DNA of 64,000 bases from Eledone cirrhosa (GCA_964016885.1 OZ024742.1:261950001-262014000), one strand, 5' to 3'. Positions 1-14,360 are shown, counted from the first letter of the stretch. Translations and numbers: made by a program. The notes: a model not told the origin generated them from the sequence alone.

Positions 1-1010
1 ACAACCACACATGAACACACAAGACTGAACAAAAGAAAGGAAAAAGGCAAGCTGTTCATGAGGGAAAAAGGTAGTGTTAATGCAGTTGTTGATATAATGA
101 CCATATAGCTCTAAGGTGGGTCCACGGTATTGGGAGAAGATTTGGGCCTCCACGTAGCCAATGAAGAAGTCAGCATAGTTGGAGCCCATTCTGCTGGTTT
201 CCGTAATTACCCCAGTGATGTGCTGGTAGAAATCTCCAGAAAAAGAAAAACAGTTCAGTATGAGCGCAAGCTCAACAAGGTGGAGGAGAGTAGAAGTGTG
301 GGATGTAGATCCAGAAAGTGTTGAAAAATGTTATGAGGGATAACTGTATAGAGAGGAGTTGTGTCGAAGCTGAAGAGAAGACAAGAAGGGCCAGGAAAGA
401 TAAAAAAAGGAATCGATAAGTTGGATAGTGTGGTTTGTATTGTGAGTGTGGGAGATGACTAATGGTGAAAGAATGGAGTAAAAATATTTAGAAATGAGCT
501 TTGTGGAGGAGTTGCAGGCAAAGATGATGAAATTGCCAGGGTTGTTAGATTTGTGTATCTTGGGGAGGAAGTAGATGGTGAAGATGCAAGTTGCACAGAC
601 AATTAGGTTGGTAGCATTGAAGAGAAGAGTGGAAATGATGAGTAAGTGACTGGTGTAGGACATGAACTGTTGGTAGAGTGAGGTGGGGTCAGAATGTAAA
701 AGGTGGGAGAGGTACGCATGCTAACCACATTTATTGGCAGGTTTAATGAAAATGCCATTACAATGACAGTGGCTATGAAGAGCAGAGAGCTCAGGCCGGA
801 TAATGTATATTCATTGTGAATGCTTTCCAAAATTGAAGTGGTTCAATGTGTGGTGGCAGACATCAACAGAGTCAAGGCTGCTGAATTGGCCAGGGCTCAG
901 CATCCCTCGTGATGGTTGGCAACTGAAACTTGTGAAGCAGTCTGTATGGGGTGACGTGGACAGTTTTGTACGGTGCAAGAACTGTTCGAGGGCACTAACT
1001 TGGAACTAAT
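1..1010 (-). mobile_element. Degenerate Penelope-like element (PLE) reverse transcriptase fragment
   Basis: Minus-strand translation gives the PLE-RT-like strings LPKIHKSNNPG...ACNSSTKLISKYF.SILSPLV, plus MGSNYADFFIGYVEAQIF further left, broken by frameshifts and stops. Confidence 0.7.
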
Positions 1011-1751
1011 AACAGGTGGATATAATCATCCTCACTGTTTTACATCTATTTTCTATGTTGGCATGGGTTTGAACAGGGGTCTCAAACACACAGACTGCAA
1101 ACTACTTTTTGTGACTAATATTTTCCTCAAACTTGGTAATTTGTTGCTCACCCCTTCCATACTCTTGCATGTAATTTGTTTCTTGATTTGGATTAAAACA
1201 TTTAAAAAAATTTTCGTTGAAGATATCTGCTATTTCTTTAAATGTGATTTAACTTGGAATTTTGCTTTTATTTTCCGTTTAATAATATTTATGGTACAAT
1301 TTATTGCAATTTACCCATGAAATACAATAAATTGGAAGAAATGGAATTTATCAAAAGTGAAAATGGAAAAAATGGGATTTTACCAAAAGTAAAAATGGGA
1401 TTAAGGAAAATTTGTACCTCTACATTTTTATTCATGTATTCAGATAAATAAATAAATAGCAGCCTACCAACTGTATTGTAGATTAGCATTATAACTGGTG
1501 GAAATCATGGATCCTGCCTCCATCTCATATTTGGTCTGCTGTGTTTTTCTCCTAGGGCGTAATGGCCCTTTTGAGTCGTTGAATATAGACCCCTGGGTTA
1601 GACAGGTTGTCACATTCTGAGATTTGACATGGTTTCTAGAGCTAGATGCCCTTCCTTATGTCAACCACTTTACAGCATGTACTAGGTGCATTTTATCATG
1701 ACACCAACACATTATAGGATAGCTTGGTACCAACACTAAAACAGAACTTAC

Positions 1752-1879
1752 CTTTGGTGCAGCAGACATTGCAACGGCACAGCCTTCATAAGCATTGTAC
1801 AGTTGTTTCTCTAAATGTTCCATAAATTGCAAAAGGAGATGCACTCGTACTGAAGCATTATAGTCTGCATTCTTCTCAC
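1752..1879 (-). CDS. SMG1: SMG1 exon (128 nt): GEKNADYNASVRVHLLLQFMEHLEKQLYNAYEGCAVAMSAAPK
   Basis: tttaacag acceptor, gtaagt donor, phase 1 in / 0 out; strong match to SMG1 LEKLMYNAYEGCA motif. Confidence 0.95.
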
Positions 1880-3178
1880 CTGTTAAACATTAGAAACAAA
1901 TATATGTATGTTACAATGAAAACACAGTGAAGGAGAGAAGAGGGTTTGAATACAGAAATCTGAGAGGAAAACTTGGCATAAGACGAATTGGAAGTTGTGT
2001 GCAAGAGAAGACTGTGTTGATATGGACATATGATGCATATAGAGGATAGCAACTGCATAAAGAAATGCAGAGAAATCCCAGTGGCTGGAACGTGTGGAAC
2101 AGGTGGAGCCAGGAAGACTTGGACAAGATAGTGAAGAATGACCTAAGAAACTAAACCTCACAACTGAGATGACAAAGGATCAAGAGGGCTAAGGCTATGC
2201 TGGGATGATGAAGACCCAGCCAGAAGAATCCAGTATGACCTGATCCATCCATGTGTCCTCACCGTCCATCCTCCCCATCTCCCTTCCACTAGCACTCTCC
2301 AACAACTGTGCTCACCACTATTGCAAACATCACTCATTCCCCTTCCAGAACCACTCATTAGCTACTACCCCCTCTAAAGCCCTTAGATATCCTCACTATT
2401 GCACTCTAGTAGTCCTCTGTCTACCCCTTGTGTATCCCCCCACACTACCACCCCTTACCTATCAATCATTGCCCCACCCACACCACCACATCCTTTATCC
2501 CCATATACTAATCAGCCACCCCTTTTCTTTACTCATTGCCCTGCCAAATCACGACATACACATAACTTCATACCAATGTCCCCACTTCCCAGAGCAGAGA
2601 GAGCTCTTCAGTTGAGACTGACCTCTGTAGTGATAGTACCTTGAAAATGCATCTGGTAGATTCCGTAAGAGTGTTTGGCAACAGGAAGGGCTCTCCCCTA
2701 TAAAAAACCATGCTTAAAAGGATTAAGAGGACCCTTCAGTTGTGTCAATGACACAACAACCTTCTTAATGTTGGTATCTACATGAGAAATGCACCCAGTA
2801 CACACTGCAAAGTGATTGGTGATAGGAATGGCATCCAGCCATAGAAAGATTGCCAAACAAAGAAAGGGTTGGGAGGACCCTTCAGTTGTGTTAAGATAGA
2901 ACACAAGATCGTATGTAAGCAAGATGCAGACCTCATCGACCTGTCTGTGAGGTCAGTAGCTCCACTTCAGTATTGACTTGGTCTATGTAGACTTGGTCAA
3001 CCCTTGCTAACAGGGAAAGTGGATGTTGATGATGAAGCACCTAATTACAATTTGCAGTGTACCAGTGCACTAAAGCACACAGTTTGAGAACCACTGCCCT
3101 ATAAGAATAAGTTGACTATGTCTCGCTCAAATACTCAAACATTGACAAAGGTGATGATGATGATAACACACTTTTTCA

Positions 3179-3409
<231 letters not shown>

Positions 3410-4399
3410 CTACAAGAACAGAGAACAAAGTACACACTATACAATAATATATAATACCTAACTTGTTAGTTTCTTGATCCGATGTAATGTTTGACAACAT
3501 AGAGGAAGAGAAGGTTGAAAGAGGAATATACATACAGAATAGAGTGGGAGTGAGAGAAATAGAGAGGCAAACAAACACTACAGTGAGTGAAGCATGCAAG
3601 TACACACAAGTAATTGTCATCTGTTAAGTATTTGAAGTTACATTTTCTTTTCACTCTTTCTTCATTCTTTTTGATGAACGTAATGAACATATTACATATA
3701 TATGCCATTTCTCAAATCACTTTTTTTCTTTTAAAACTATACTTACAAAAATTAGCTGTCATAACACACAAAATCATTATCATTTAACATCAATTTCCCT
3801 TGCTAGTTAGGATTCAAGTAGAGCTACTGACATTTCAGATGGGCCAGGGCTTGCATCTTGCTTCCTTATACACCCATATTCTACAAAGTGCTCAGATGAG
3901 CCAGGAACCTGCATGTTGTTTACAAAATATTTACATGCTCTACCGAGTGCATTTTATTGTGACACCAGCACTAGGGAGGCTGTCATGTCTTTGACAAAAC
4001 TGAAAAATCCTCACAACCCTTTGTTTAGCAAGTTTTCTATGACTGGATGCTCTTATCACCAACCACTTTACAGAGTGTACTGAGTGTTTATTGTGTAGCT
4101 CACCAACGCTAGAGAGGTTGCTGTGCCCTAGACACAACTGGAAAGTCCTCTTAACTCTTTTTGGCACAATTATTGACCCCTTACAGGGTGTATTGGATGC
4201 ATTTCTCATGGCACTAGCACCAGAGAGGTTTCAGTCGAAGACCCTTCCATACTCTACAGAAGGGAGGGTGCTAAGAAGAGTGATAAATATGATGTTATTT
4301 GTGTAATCACAAGTAAGGTAATGTAAGATTTAACCAGGTGGTGAGTATTAGGATGGCGTAACCTCCATGAGAATGGGTCAAATCACATATAATATTGGT

Positions 4400-5040
4400 A
4401 GGTGGGTTTTCACCAGTACAGCATGTCACCACTCTTTGCAATTTTTTGTCATCTTTGGGGTGAAGTTCAGCCTTTTAAGGTCAGTCTTCACTACCTCAAC
4501 TCATGTCTTCTTCAGTCAGTCTCTTCCACAAGTCTCATCCACTGAGATTTCTTTGCACTTCCTTATATAGCTGTCATCTTCCAAATGCATCACATGTTCA
4601 CAACAATATAGTCTTCTCTTTTGCATATTACATACAATTTCTCTTATGCCTAGTTTTTATTTCAGCTCATTTATGTTACATCTTTCATGCACACTGACTT
4701 ACATTTGCTTCATTTCTTTTTAGCCTTTGTAGGTCTTCTGCAGTCATAACCCATGTCTTATTGCTATGCAGCATTGAAGTTCACTTGCAGGCATTGTACA
4801 ATCTACTTTTCACTCAGAGAGAAAAGCCCTTTCTTTTCAGCAGAGGTGCTTGTTCTCTAAACTTCTTCAAGTGTGTTCTTACCCTGGTTACCATGCTTTC
4901 AGAGCATCTTCACCCACTGCTGATTAGGTCACCTACGTAACAAAAGCTGTCAACAACCTTGAGGGAGCCTCCTTGGCAATTGTGAGAATCTATTTCATGT
5001 GTGTTCTTAGTACTAACTCCTCTTGTACATCTACCACATT
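4400..5040 (-). mobile_element. Degenerate RTE-clade LINE 3' fragment
   Basis: Similar to the RT C-terminal region of the RTE copy at 62640-64000 (SFCYVGDLISSG motif, KGFSL..K.RLY), with many lesions. Confidence 0.7.
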
Positions 5041-5449
5041 ATAATCTATCTTCTCTTTTACCCTGCTTGCAATCCTACTAAATATCTGGTGTTTCCATAG
5101 GTTACATGGTCCAGTTGCCTTCTCTCCCTTCATATGGTTAATTACTTTAACACACTGCTGTTGATTATAATGGGTACTCCCATTCGAAATATAGTAAAAG
5201 GTTTAAAGTAAGTATATCAATTAAAATCTCAACCTAAATCTGATCATTACATGAATGAAAGAGTGAAATATCACAAAGTCTTTTATTAGATTGAATGATA
5301 GACATTTTCAAATATTACACTAAATATGTATTGTTAAATAAGACAAAAGAAACAATGTTTTCATTGGTATTTCTATTGCTGATACAGCAATGAAAGGGCT
5401 AATAATTAATTGAAACCGAATTCCACCCAAAGATATGTGTAATGCTCAC

Positions 5450-5549
5450 CAAAGACGCTAATGTCACAACATCATCTTTTTTCTCCTCTTCTTTCTCTGT
5501 CATTTGACTGAAGAACATACTTTCCAACCAATTCAATGAACCAAATGTG
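5450..5549 (-). CDS. SMG1: SMG1 exon (100 nt): TFGSLNWLESMFFSQMTEKEEEKKDDVVTLASL
   Basis: tttttccag acceptor, gtgagc donor; phases fit neighbours; aligns to the SMG1 NWLERLFYS region. Confidence 0.9.
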
Positions 5550-6842
5550 CTGGAAAAAAAACAGGAAATAAAATTTAATGCAGCAAACAAACAACTTTAT
5601 ATTAATAGTTCCCACCATTTTCACTACCAAAAATCACCTTTTATTTAAAAGAATTTTACCCATGGACATCACCAACCACCCACCAGACTAATGTACAAAG
5701 AGAATAACAATCAAAAGAGAGAAATGTTTAAACTTAGAAAAAGATGGATACTCAATATTGTGTGTATATTACATTTATAACAAAATACTTGCTTCAGTAT
5801 TTGCTTCACATATGTGTGTATCACAACAGTAAATACACATACATTGGACAAATGTAAAGCCCTCCAGATATATTGTATTATTCTATATTGTTGGAGACTA
5901 AATACTATATCATTATAGTTATATATAATTCTATATTATATTAGGATACCTTTCTTAACACTAACCACCTTACTGAGTGTATTGTATGCATTTTTATGTG
6001 TCACTAACACGAAAAATTGTGCCTTTGACACAACCGAAGAATTTTCATTAATAAATAAAATGAAAAGATAATATGGAGTGAGAGGGAAAAGATAGTGCAT
6101 TAAAGCAAATGCCCTTTAGTATTCAGTTCTGTGCATATTAATTCAAATTCTGCCTTTGATGAACTTTTCCATTTAATCTATAGTAGTTAAAAATACTGGT
6201 AATAAATAGACTTGATTCATTTGATAATTGAAAATGTAAAAACTCAACACTTAAATAAAACTAAATGAATGATTCTCACTAACCCTTACAATACCAAACT
6301 GCTTATTTTAATACGTTTATATTTATCTAAAACATTTCCATCATAATTTTAAGAAAGGAAAAGGACCTTTAAGCTATGCTCCAAACACCAGCTGAACTAT
6401 TTGATATGAAACTGTCTGACACTGTTCTTGGTTTTTAATCTTGTTTATTTTAAAGTGTTTATATTTATCTAAAAAAAACTTTCCAGCGTAATTTTATGAA
6501 AGATCCTTTGTTAAGTTACAGACATCAACTTAATAAGAAAATTAGTTATAAAAAACTGAAGCCTATTTGCTTTTCTTATGTAAAGCTGGCACAATCCATA
6601 CATTAACTATAAAATAGTCAAATAAATCAGGTAAACTGCCCATATAGACAGAAAAAAAAAAAGGTGGACAGATATGGCTGCAGGAATTGCTCCAAATTCT
6701 TTACAACTAATAAGCAGTGTCTTTCATTAGAAATATGGTAGCGAAAGGGTTAAATATTTAGAATATACCAGATGAGGATGAGAGAGAGACAATAAAATAT
6801 AGGCAAGGAAGAAGTGAGAGAGAAGAAAGGAAACAAATTTAC

Positions 6843-7022
6843 CTTGGCATGTTGTTTTGAAGTATGTAAGCCATGACTTGCCTAAAGTTGTGTGAATGAA
6901 AGATAGCTGGCTGTGTGCGGCATATGTGTTGTCGGCGAGCTAACCAAGCTGCTTTGAGGCCCCGTACTTTACAGCTGGTTTTTGTTTGGAGGCCATCTTC
7001 AAGTCTTACCAAAGTGGACAGG
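6843..7022 (-). CDS. SMG1: SMG1 exon (180 nt): LSTLVRLEDG...ARRQHICRTQPAIFHSHNFRQVMAYILQNNMP
   Basis: tttgcag acceptor, gtaaat donor, phase 2/2; FHSHNF resembles SMG1 FHPQDF. Confidence 0.9.
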
Positions 7023-7586
7023 CTGCAAATAAAAATACATACATCATAATCATCATCATCATCATTTCATGTCCAATTTCCCAGCTGGTCACTACAGACC
7101 AAGTCAGTATTTAATTGGTGCTAAAGATAGGTCAAGTGCCTGCATCTTGCTTACATGCATTCCTACACTCTGCAGAGTGCACTGGGTGCATTTTATCATT
7201 GCACCATCACTAAGGTGGTTGTCATGTTTTTGACATTAATAAAGAGTCCTCCCAATTATTTGTTTGGCTAGTTTTCTACAGCTGGATGCTCTCCCTACCA
7301 CCAACCACTTTATACTGGGTGCATTTTATTATGGCACCAGTATGAGGGAGATCATCACGTGCTTGGTCAGATTGAAGAGTCTTTATTTTGTTTCAGTTTA
7401 ATAACAACTTTACAGAATGTACTGGAGCATTTTATCATAACACCAGCACTTACTTCCTATCAAATGTCCCATATTAGCTGTGGGAACCTTTAAAACTATA
7501 ATACATAATTCCCTAGAAGATATGCACAGTGCAAATAAAAAGATTATAATAGTTGAACAAAAATAGAAATGAATCTCTCAACATAC

Positions 7587-7688
7587 CATGCTGTTAAATT
7601 TAGTGGGATGGCTTTCAAAAGGGAACTGTAGGCCTCTTTAACATGCTTGTGATGGTCAGTTAGACGATAGATACATAATTCTACACAG
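7587..7688 (-). CDS. SMG1: SMG1 exon (102 nt): CVELCIYRLTDHHKHVKEAYSSLLKAIPLNLTA
   Basis: atacag acceptor, gtatgt donor, phase 2/2; LLKAIPL resembles SMG1 LLKSIPL. Confidence 0.9.
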
Positions 7689-8441
7689 CTGTATAAGATA
7701 AAAGGAAAAAAGAGAAGATGAATAATTAGTTTTGAAACAACAATCCTTTATTTATGAATCTAAAAATACCCATATTTCAAACATATCTGCTATTTTTCAA
7801 ACTCTATACTAACTACACTTTCAGCTAAACAACTAGCATTTTAAGACCATTTTCCCTGTTATACTAGTGATTCGGAGGTCATGAGGTTTGCGCTTAATGC
7901 ATTTTTAAAACTAATTTGGAAATGCATAAAACTCCTATAATATATATTTCTCCCTATTTTCCAACAGTATAATATTTCTGAACTTTAACTTGAATCAGTG
8001 GAATATTGAGAAATTAGAAGTGAAAGTCAACCATACAATGAGGTTTTTGCAAAACAATGTCTAACACTGTTAAGATAAACAATTATCTGGTAACAGAAAG
8101 TGTATCATATCTAGTCTTCAAAGTGGATAAGGACTACCATGCCTTTACATGAAGATCAGATCTTCTATCGTCAAAGAACATAGACTAGTGGTCATGGATT
8201 TGTTTCCTGGACCGAGTGGAGCATTGTTCTTGAGCAAGACACTTCATTTTGTGTTGCTTTCCAGGATATGACTGGAGTCCCTATCATTAAAACACCAAAG
8301 AAATCTCCTATGAGGAACAATCTTGTAGGAGTTCAGCTAAATCTGCATAGGCTTGAGCTGTAAATTAATTTTTTCTTAAAAAATTCAATCATTTTATCAG
8401 GTATGCCTAGCCTGCACATGTAAATAAATAAATATAATTAC

Positions 8442-8538
8442 CGAATTAAGATGTCATCTGAAATGGAAGGGCTTGACTTAAGCACATTGTGTAGACACTG
8501 GCATGCACTCAAACAAATCTGGTGTTCCTGATCATAAC
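8442..8538 (-). CDS. SMG1: SMG1 exon (97 nt): YDQEHQICLSACQCLHNVLKSSPSISDDILI
   Basis: ttcatag acceptor, gtaatt donor; ICLSACQCLH resembles SMG1 ICLQACSSLH. Confidence 0.9.
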
Positions 8539-9904
8539 CTATGAATAAGAAAGAGATTCAATAGTTAGTTCAAAAACACAAGTTAAGAAATACATCAACT
8601 GACAATTATAAAGAGAGAAAAACAATGAATTGCAAAAAGCGATGGGAATAGAGCCAATGATAAATGTTGTGAAGAGAAATGGACTGAGTATGTACCAAAT
8701 TTAGTGAGGTAGTCAATGTGGAAGTAGGTGTTCATCAAGACTCAGTCCTCAGCTTCCTGTTATAACTGAGTTTAAACCTTTAGCATTCAGTCTGGCCAAA
8801 AATGGCCAGAATCACTCACCGCTTTCTGTTCATTTCAGCCAAAACCCATGAAGAGAAAGACTAGAACCGTGTACTGCTTATACCTACATTTTAATTAATT
8901 CACCTTCTCGTAAAAAGTGGTAAAATTGTGGGAAGTCAACATCTGGATCATTCTTGGCTAATTTTTGTAACATAGCTAACAAATAAGACACAAAGTTTAA
9001 AGAAATCTGATATTAAGACTTTTGACGAGACAATATTTTGAAACCTGGTCTTTAGGTAACACAAAGAATATTGAGGAAGCATTTATAGCTTTGTTCATGC
9101 CATACCAATATGAAAATGTGATTTTCTAGAAAAATATATTACTATTGATTATAAAACAGCAACTGGTATATTAAATTCAGAATTTGGTGCTTTGTTCAGG
9201 AACACAACATAAGATGTGAACTTATGACCATATGGCCAGTTGTCTATCATCATAATAGATTTCTGACAAATTAAAAAATAAATACATGAAAGATAGACAG
9301 AAATACAACATCTGCAATATAATATTCAGCTATTATCGGTAGAGAGTTGGGCGCCATGCTTTCCAGCATAGTTACGTCTCTTTACAGACTGAGTTCAAAT
9401 CCCACCGAGGTTAACTTTGCTTTTCATCCTTACAGGGTCGATCAAATAAAGTACCAGTAATGTACTGGATAATTGCTGGCCTTGTGCCAAAAGTAGAAAC
9501 AATTATTTATATACAATCATTTTTCCCATATTCACATGGTAGCTTTACTTACTGGAGAAACCAATGCTTTCTGTTGGCTGGATACAAGTGTTTATGGCCA
9601 TTTTCTTTGTTAATGAAGGGGTTAGCCTTGTAGATGTCATAAAAGGATTCATGCTAATCATAGGTTCCTTTTTGGTGCAATGTTCTACAGCTAGATGCCC
9701 TTTCAGGCACCAACCCTTTCAATCCCCTTACACAACACATAGGGATACAATGTATCTATTCTAAATTGGATACATACATCAAAGGAATAAGATAGATGAG
9801 GATAACAATTTTTTTTTAGATACAAACTATGGATTTGATTGAAAAGAAAAACCACAATAATTAAAAATATCATACAACACCAAAAATGAGATGAGATTGC
9901 TTAC

Positions 9905-10014
9905 CAAGCCATATTAATGATTTTAATAATTCTCCAAATTCTGTGGTTAGATAGACATTCTGGCTAGTTTGCAGAGTGTTGGCAATTTCTGAACACCACT
10001 TGAGGCAGAGACAT
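9905..10014 (-). CDS. SMG1: SMG1 exon (110 nt): CLCLKWCSEIANTLQTSQNVYLTTEFGELLKSLIWL
   Basis: ttgtag acceptor, gtaagc donor; phase 2 in / 1 out, matching both neighbours. Confidence 0.85.
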
Positions 10015-10473
10015 CTACAACAACATGTAAATTACATGAAAACCATATCTTTGTCTTTTATTATACAGGAAAATTTGTGGCTTAGTGGTTATGGTATTCA
10101 GCTCATGATTGTAAGATTGTGAGTTCTATTCCTGGACAGAGTGTTTTGTCCTTGAGCAGGACTATTTCATGCTGCTCCAGTCCACTCAGGAGGAGAAAAT
10201 GAGTTGTACTTCTAATTCAAAGAGTCGGCCATGTCATATGCTGTATCACACAGAATCTTCACGAGAACTACATTATGGAAACATGTGTCTGTGGAATGCT
10301 CAACTTCTCACATATCAGCAGGCTGTTTTGTTGGGCAAACAATTATAACATTTATCGTCAGAACCAACAAAGGTTCAACATCTATTTATTTCAATTTAGT
10401 CAACAAAATTTCATTAAAAAAAAAAAAAATTTAAGACTTCATTAAAAAAAAAAAAAAAGAGACCATATACATT

Positions 10474-10625
10474 AGAACTGTAGAAATATATACTTTATTG
10501 ACTCTAGCCATTGGAATACTGCCACTTCTAATAACAACTGTAAAAAATATATACTTTACTGAACCTAACCACAATAATACTGCCATTTCTCCCAATAACA
10601 GCTGTAGAAATATATACTTTACTAT
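10474..10625. repeat. Tandem repeat, about 60 nt unit x about 2.5 (ctgtagaaatatatacttta...aatactgcca)
   Basis: The ctgta(g/a)aaatatatacttta motif recurs three times. Confidence 0.7.
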
Positions 10626-10653
10626 AGTGAAAGAAGTTACTGAATTTACTCAC

Positions 10654-10815
10654 TTGCAATCATAAGTGACCATATTCAAAGAGAGTATATCAACAAGAAG
10701 TCTTAGTATTGCTGTAAAATGACCAGATGTTGCAGGACTCACACCAGCTAGCACAGAGCCTTCTAAAGCTGTGTTCTGAGTCAACAAACTGCTGCTGGAG
10801 ATGAAGTTACTGTGT
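10654..10815 (-). CDS. SMG1: SMG1 exon (162 nt): HSNFISSSSLLTQNTALEGS...SGHFTAILRLLVDILSLNMVTYDC
   Basis: tttgtag acceptor, gtgagt donor; resembles SMG1 RHDHFISSS...HFSIILNLL. Confidence 0.92.
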
Positions 10816-11220
10816 CTACAAATAAAAAAATATAAGGATATAGTGGAGTACTGACAAACATAAATATACAAAATATGTGTGTATTAAGTTGTGCACTAAG
10901 TATATGATAAGTTATATCTGTATATATACACAGAATAGAGGCAACCAAGATTGCATAAATGAATATTTACAGATTTTGAGTACATAGACATGTAAACATG
11001 CTTATATATACATATTTCCCTGTAAATCGTAAAAACCAAATAAATACATTTAATTGATATTCAAACTTAGTTGGGCTTTCATCAGAAGGTATATATATTA
11101 TCTTAACAACCATAAAGAAATACGTAATTGAGAGGCTTATATGCCCCATCACTAATGAAGAGGACACTAATTTGCATATTATTAGTGCTTATGTTGATAG
11201 TTAATTAAGATATATATTAA

Positions 11221-11419
11221 CCCTTTAGCATTTACATTACTCTATATTTACTATTGTATTTTCATGGTAAAGGCTTTACTTCACATGATATGAGATTTTG
11301 ATATTATTTATTTCGAGAACAATACCTTAACATCAGCATGAATGGCCACTTATAGTCGGTTTTAACAGAAAGAGGTGAGATAATTCTGGCCGGTTACAGT
11401 CAGTTTAAATGCTAATGGG
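11221..11419. mobile_element. piggyBac-type MITE (TTAA TSD)
   Basis: TTAA|CCCTTTAGCATTTA ... TAAATGCTAATGGG|TTAA terminal inverted repeats; related copies at about 24877-26260 and ending near 58440. Confidence 0.8.
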
Positions 11420-11469
11420 TTAAGTTGTGCTAAACAGTGGAAATATATGAGAAAGTTATATCTATCTAT

Positions 11470-11945
11470 CATCATCATCAACGTTTAACGTCCGTGTTCC
11501 ATGCTTGCATGGGTTTGGACGGGGGTTTTCCCACTTGAGGCAAGAGTGGTTGTCTTGCTCGCATAGGACTGTCTGGCAGGTTTTCTACAGCTGGATGCCC
11601 TTCCTAACACCAACCACATTTACAGTGTGGGGCTGGGAGGTTTTTACCGTGTTGCCTACACGGCCACATTACAGCGTGGACTGTCTGGCGGGTTTTCTAC
11701 AGCTGGATGCCCTTCCTAACACCAACCACATTTACAGTGTGGGGCTGGGAGGTTTTTACCGTGTTGCCTACACGGCCACATTTACAACGTGGACTGTGTT
11801 TTTTTTGTCGTGACACCTACACGATCTCATTTGTTTCGGCCTGGATGTTGTGGCACCAACATAACTTTACATTGAAAGGGGCGGTGTGGATGGGGTGGTG
11901 GGACGGGGGTGTGTTTTGATAGAGATGCCTACTGACTGTAGTAGG
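11470..11945 (-). mobile_element. Non-autonomous retroelement/3' UTR-type repeat with (GAT)n tail and internal ~110 nt duplication
   Basis: Near-identical to 41419-41795 and similar to 57470-57830; contains the ctggatgcccttcctaacaccaacc motif and a catcatcat end. Confidence 0.7.
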
Positions 11946-12617
11946 TTTTACTTTGTATATATATATATATATATACATCCTAACACCACCCACCTTACAG
12001 TGTACTGGGTGCATGTTTTCAAGGCACCAAACATTGAGGGTGATTGTGTCCTTAGCTGGGAAGAGAAAGGTAATGATGGGGAGGAGGAAAGGGGTACTGG
12101 TGAAAGTGGCACTGTAGAACAGGTAGCAATGGCGCCTATATGTTGCTTACTAAGGAAGAAAAAATGAGAGCACGTTTGGATTGTGGTGTCGAAGAAGAAT
12201 GGTGGTTGGCAGCTCATTGTCATGTGTGGGTGGAGGTAGGTTTATAAAATTGGTGGATATACACAGGGCTAAGGTATCCCTTTGTATATGTGGAGAGCAT
12301 CTTTCAGCAAATATGGAGTGGATGGATGGGCATCAGAGGAAGGTGGGTGCCTGATAGAACAAGCTATCCTCTAGCTATGTAGGTAGTGAGTATGAGACAG
12401 GGTAAGTAAGAATGATTTACATAGTAAGGAAAGAGGAAAAAATCAAAGATGTGATAGGAAGAAGACTAAGGTGAGGGCAGGGAGACTGACAGGGTGTGGT
12501 CCTCTTTTAGTGATAGGGTCCTCAGTCCTATCATGAAAAGAGTCCAACCTACCCAGTAGGGCATACACATTCATTTCCTGGTGACAAAAACAAAACAAAA
12601 AAAGAAAGAGAATTTAC

Positions 12618-12748
12618 CTAGTACAATGTGAATAGAGGGAATGAATGGTGGCGTACTGAACTGCAGGGTAACGGTCAACCAGGGGTTGGTTCAAAGGATG
12701 AAGGTGTTTGATTAGAAGATCAAATATACTCGGAGTAAGTGCCCACAT
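12618..12748 (-). CDS. SMG1: SMG1 exon (131 nt): MWALTPSIFDLLIKHLHPLNQPLVDRYPAVQYATIHSLYSHCT
   Basis: tttcag acceptor, gtaaat donor; matches SMG1 MWALSP...PAIQYAVLYTLYSHCTR. Confidence 0.95.
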
Positions 12749-12940
12749 CTGAAATAAGGAATTCAAAAAATTACACATACCTACATATACATGCACACAC
12801 AATTATACATACCTACATATGCACAAACATAAAAACAAATATATAAATATTTAGGCAAAAGTATTTCATTCAAAAATGGTACATATATCTACCTTAAGTT
12901 TACCCTTTCATATCACCCAGCTCATCTTAGTATATCACTG

Positions 12941-13000
12941 TTTCTTTTATTCTTTACTTGTTTCAGTCATTAGACAGTGGCCATGCTGGAACACTGCCTT
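12941..13000 (-). mobile_element. SINE 3' tail similar to the 3' end of the LINE at 49787-49846
   Basis: Reverse complement reads AAGGCAGTGTTCCAGCATGGCCACTGTCTAATGACTGAAACAAGTAAAGAATAAAAGA. Confidence 0.7.
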
Positions 13001-14139
13001 GATTTTGTCAATCATGCCAAACAGTTTTTATCAAATAAGTCTAGTACTTATTTGATCTACATTTCTTTTGTCAAATCAATAATTTATATATATATATTGT
13101 AAATAGTTAGTGCCCAATGGCCGAGCTCATGCTGTTTTGATGGCAAATGGATAACTAAATTATTTGTTCATTTTCAGCTATTTCCAAATGCTATATCTTC
13201 AGGGGGTGAGGTCCTAATTTGATTGATGTGTGAGGTAAGTGGAGAAGTGGATGAATGGTTGGGGCAAGAGGGGTAAAGATACAGAGTGAATTTTTTTTTT
13301 AGCTTTTTCAGATAGTCTCAGAGTTGAGAGGGATCTGCCTGTTCTGGTGTATGATTATGTGTGTGCATCTGTGCTAGAACTTTGATCTATGTATGATTCA
13401 CCCCCTCATAGTTGCATGTCTGAGTGTCATGGTGGTGCTGTGTGTATGTGTCCAGGTGCATTTGTGTATTTGCTGTGTAGTGGTCAATCAGTGTGGTGGA
13501 TATAGTTGATATTGGGGAAAGAACAAAGGGTAAGGTGAAAACGAAGAAGGAAACGCCTGCAATGAACATCAATGATAGATCTGGCAACAGGGTCACAGGA
13601 TTTAGGTTCTCAATATGGGAGCAAGTGTATGGGCTATTTTTTCTCTTTCTTGTTCCTATCTCCCCACTTTCCTTTTCCTTTTTTTCTCTCTTCTCTCTCT
13701 TATTTTGGCATGCAAGTGTGTTGTTGTTTTGAGGGTATTGTTTACTTCTTTTAGTGTGTAGGTATTGTGGTTACGCTGTATGGGTGTATCCCTCTTCCCG
13801 CATATGTAGTGTGTGTCTATGTATGTGCCTGTGTGTCTTGTATTTCCTTTGATTAGTGGAACATGTGCTTCTTGTCTTGTTTCTTTTGATTAGTGGATTA
13901 TTGGAACATGTGCTTTTTCAGTCTAATTGTGTGGATGTATGTGTGTGTATTTTTTAACGTTTTCTCACATAGGAGATGACAAAACAGAAAAATGGAGATG
14001 TTGTACTGGTGAAAACTCATCTAGCCCATGGAAAAGCAGATATATGATGACTGTGCCTTGCTCGTGGTTTCTACAGATGTATGCCCTTCCTAATGCCAAT
14101 CACATTACAGTGTTTACTGAGTATATTTTATTGAGGCAC

Positions 14140-14360
14140 TAGCACTACCAGTTTACAGGGTGGATGAGTTGCATTTTATTGTGGCAGCAGAACAACCACT
14201 TTACTGCATAAGCAGAATGCATTATATCATAGTACCAGCACTACTACTTTACAGAGTGGGCTGGGTGCATTTTATTGTAGCACCAGTAAACTTTACATAA
14301 TAGGCTGGGTGCATTTCTTTATGACACCAGCAGAGACACTTTACAAAGTGGGCTGCATGC
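14140..14360. repeat. Degenerate tandem array of ~40-45 nt units (actttacagagtgggctgggtgcattttat..gcaccag) x ~5
   Basis: Units recur from about 14150 to 14350; they derive from the common retroelement-associated repeat seen throughout the window. Confidence 0.6.

Noticed and set aside
13050-13900. Possible GIY-YIG/Penelope remnant (TGRSLST.RLSE-like); similar GA-rich region at 27431-27870
   Set aside because: Too degenerate to call without a profile search.
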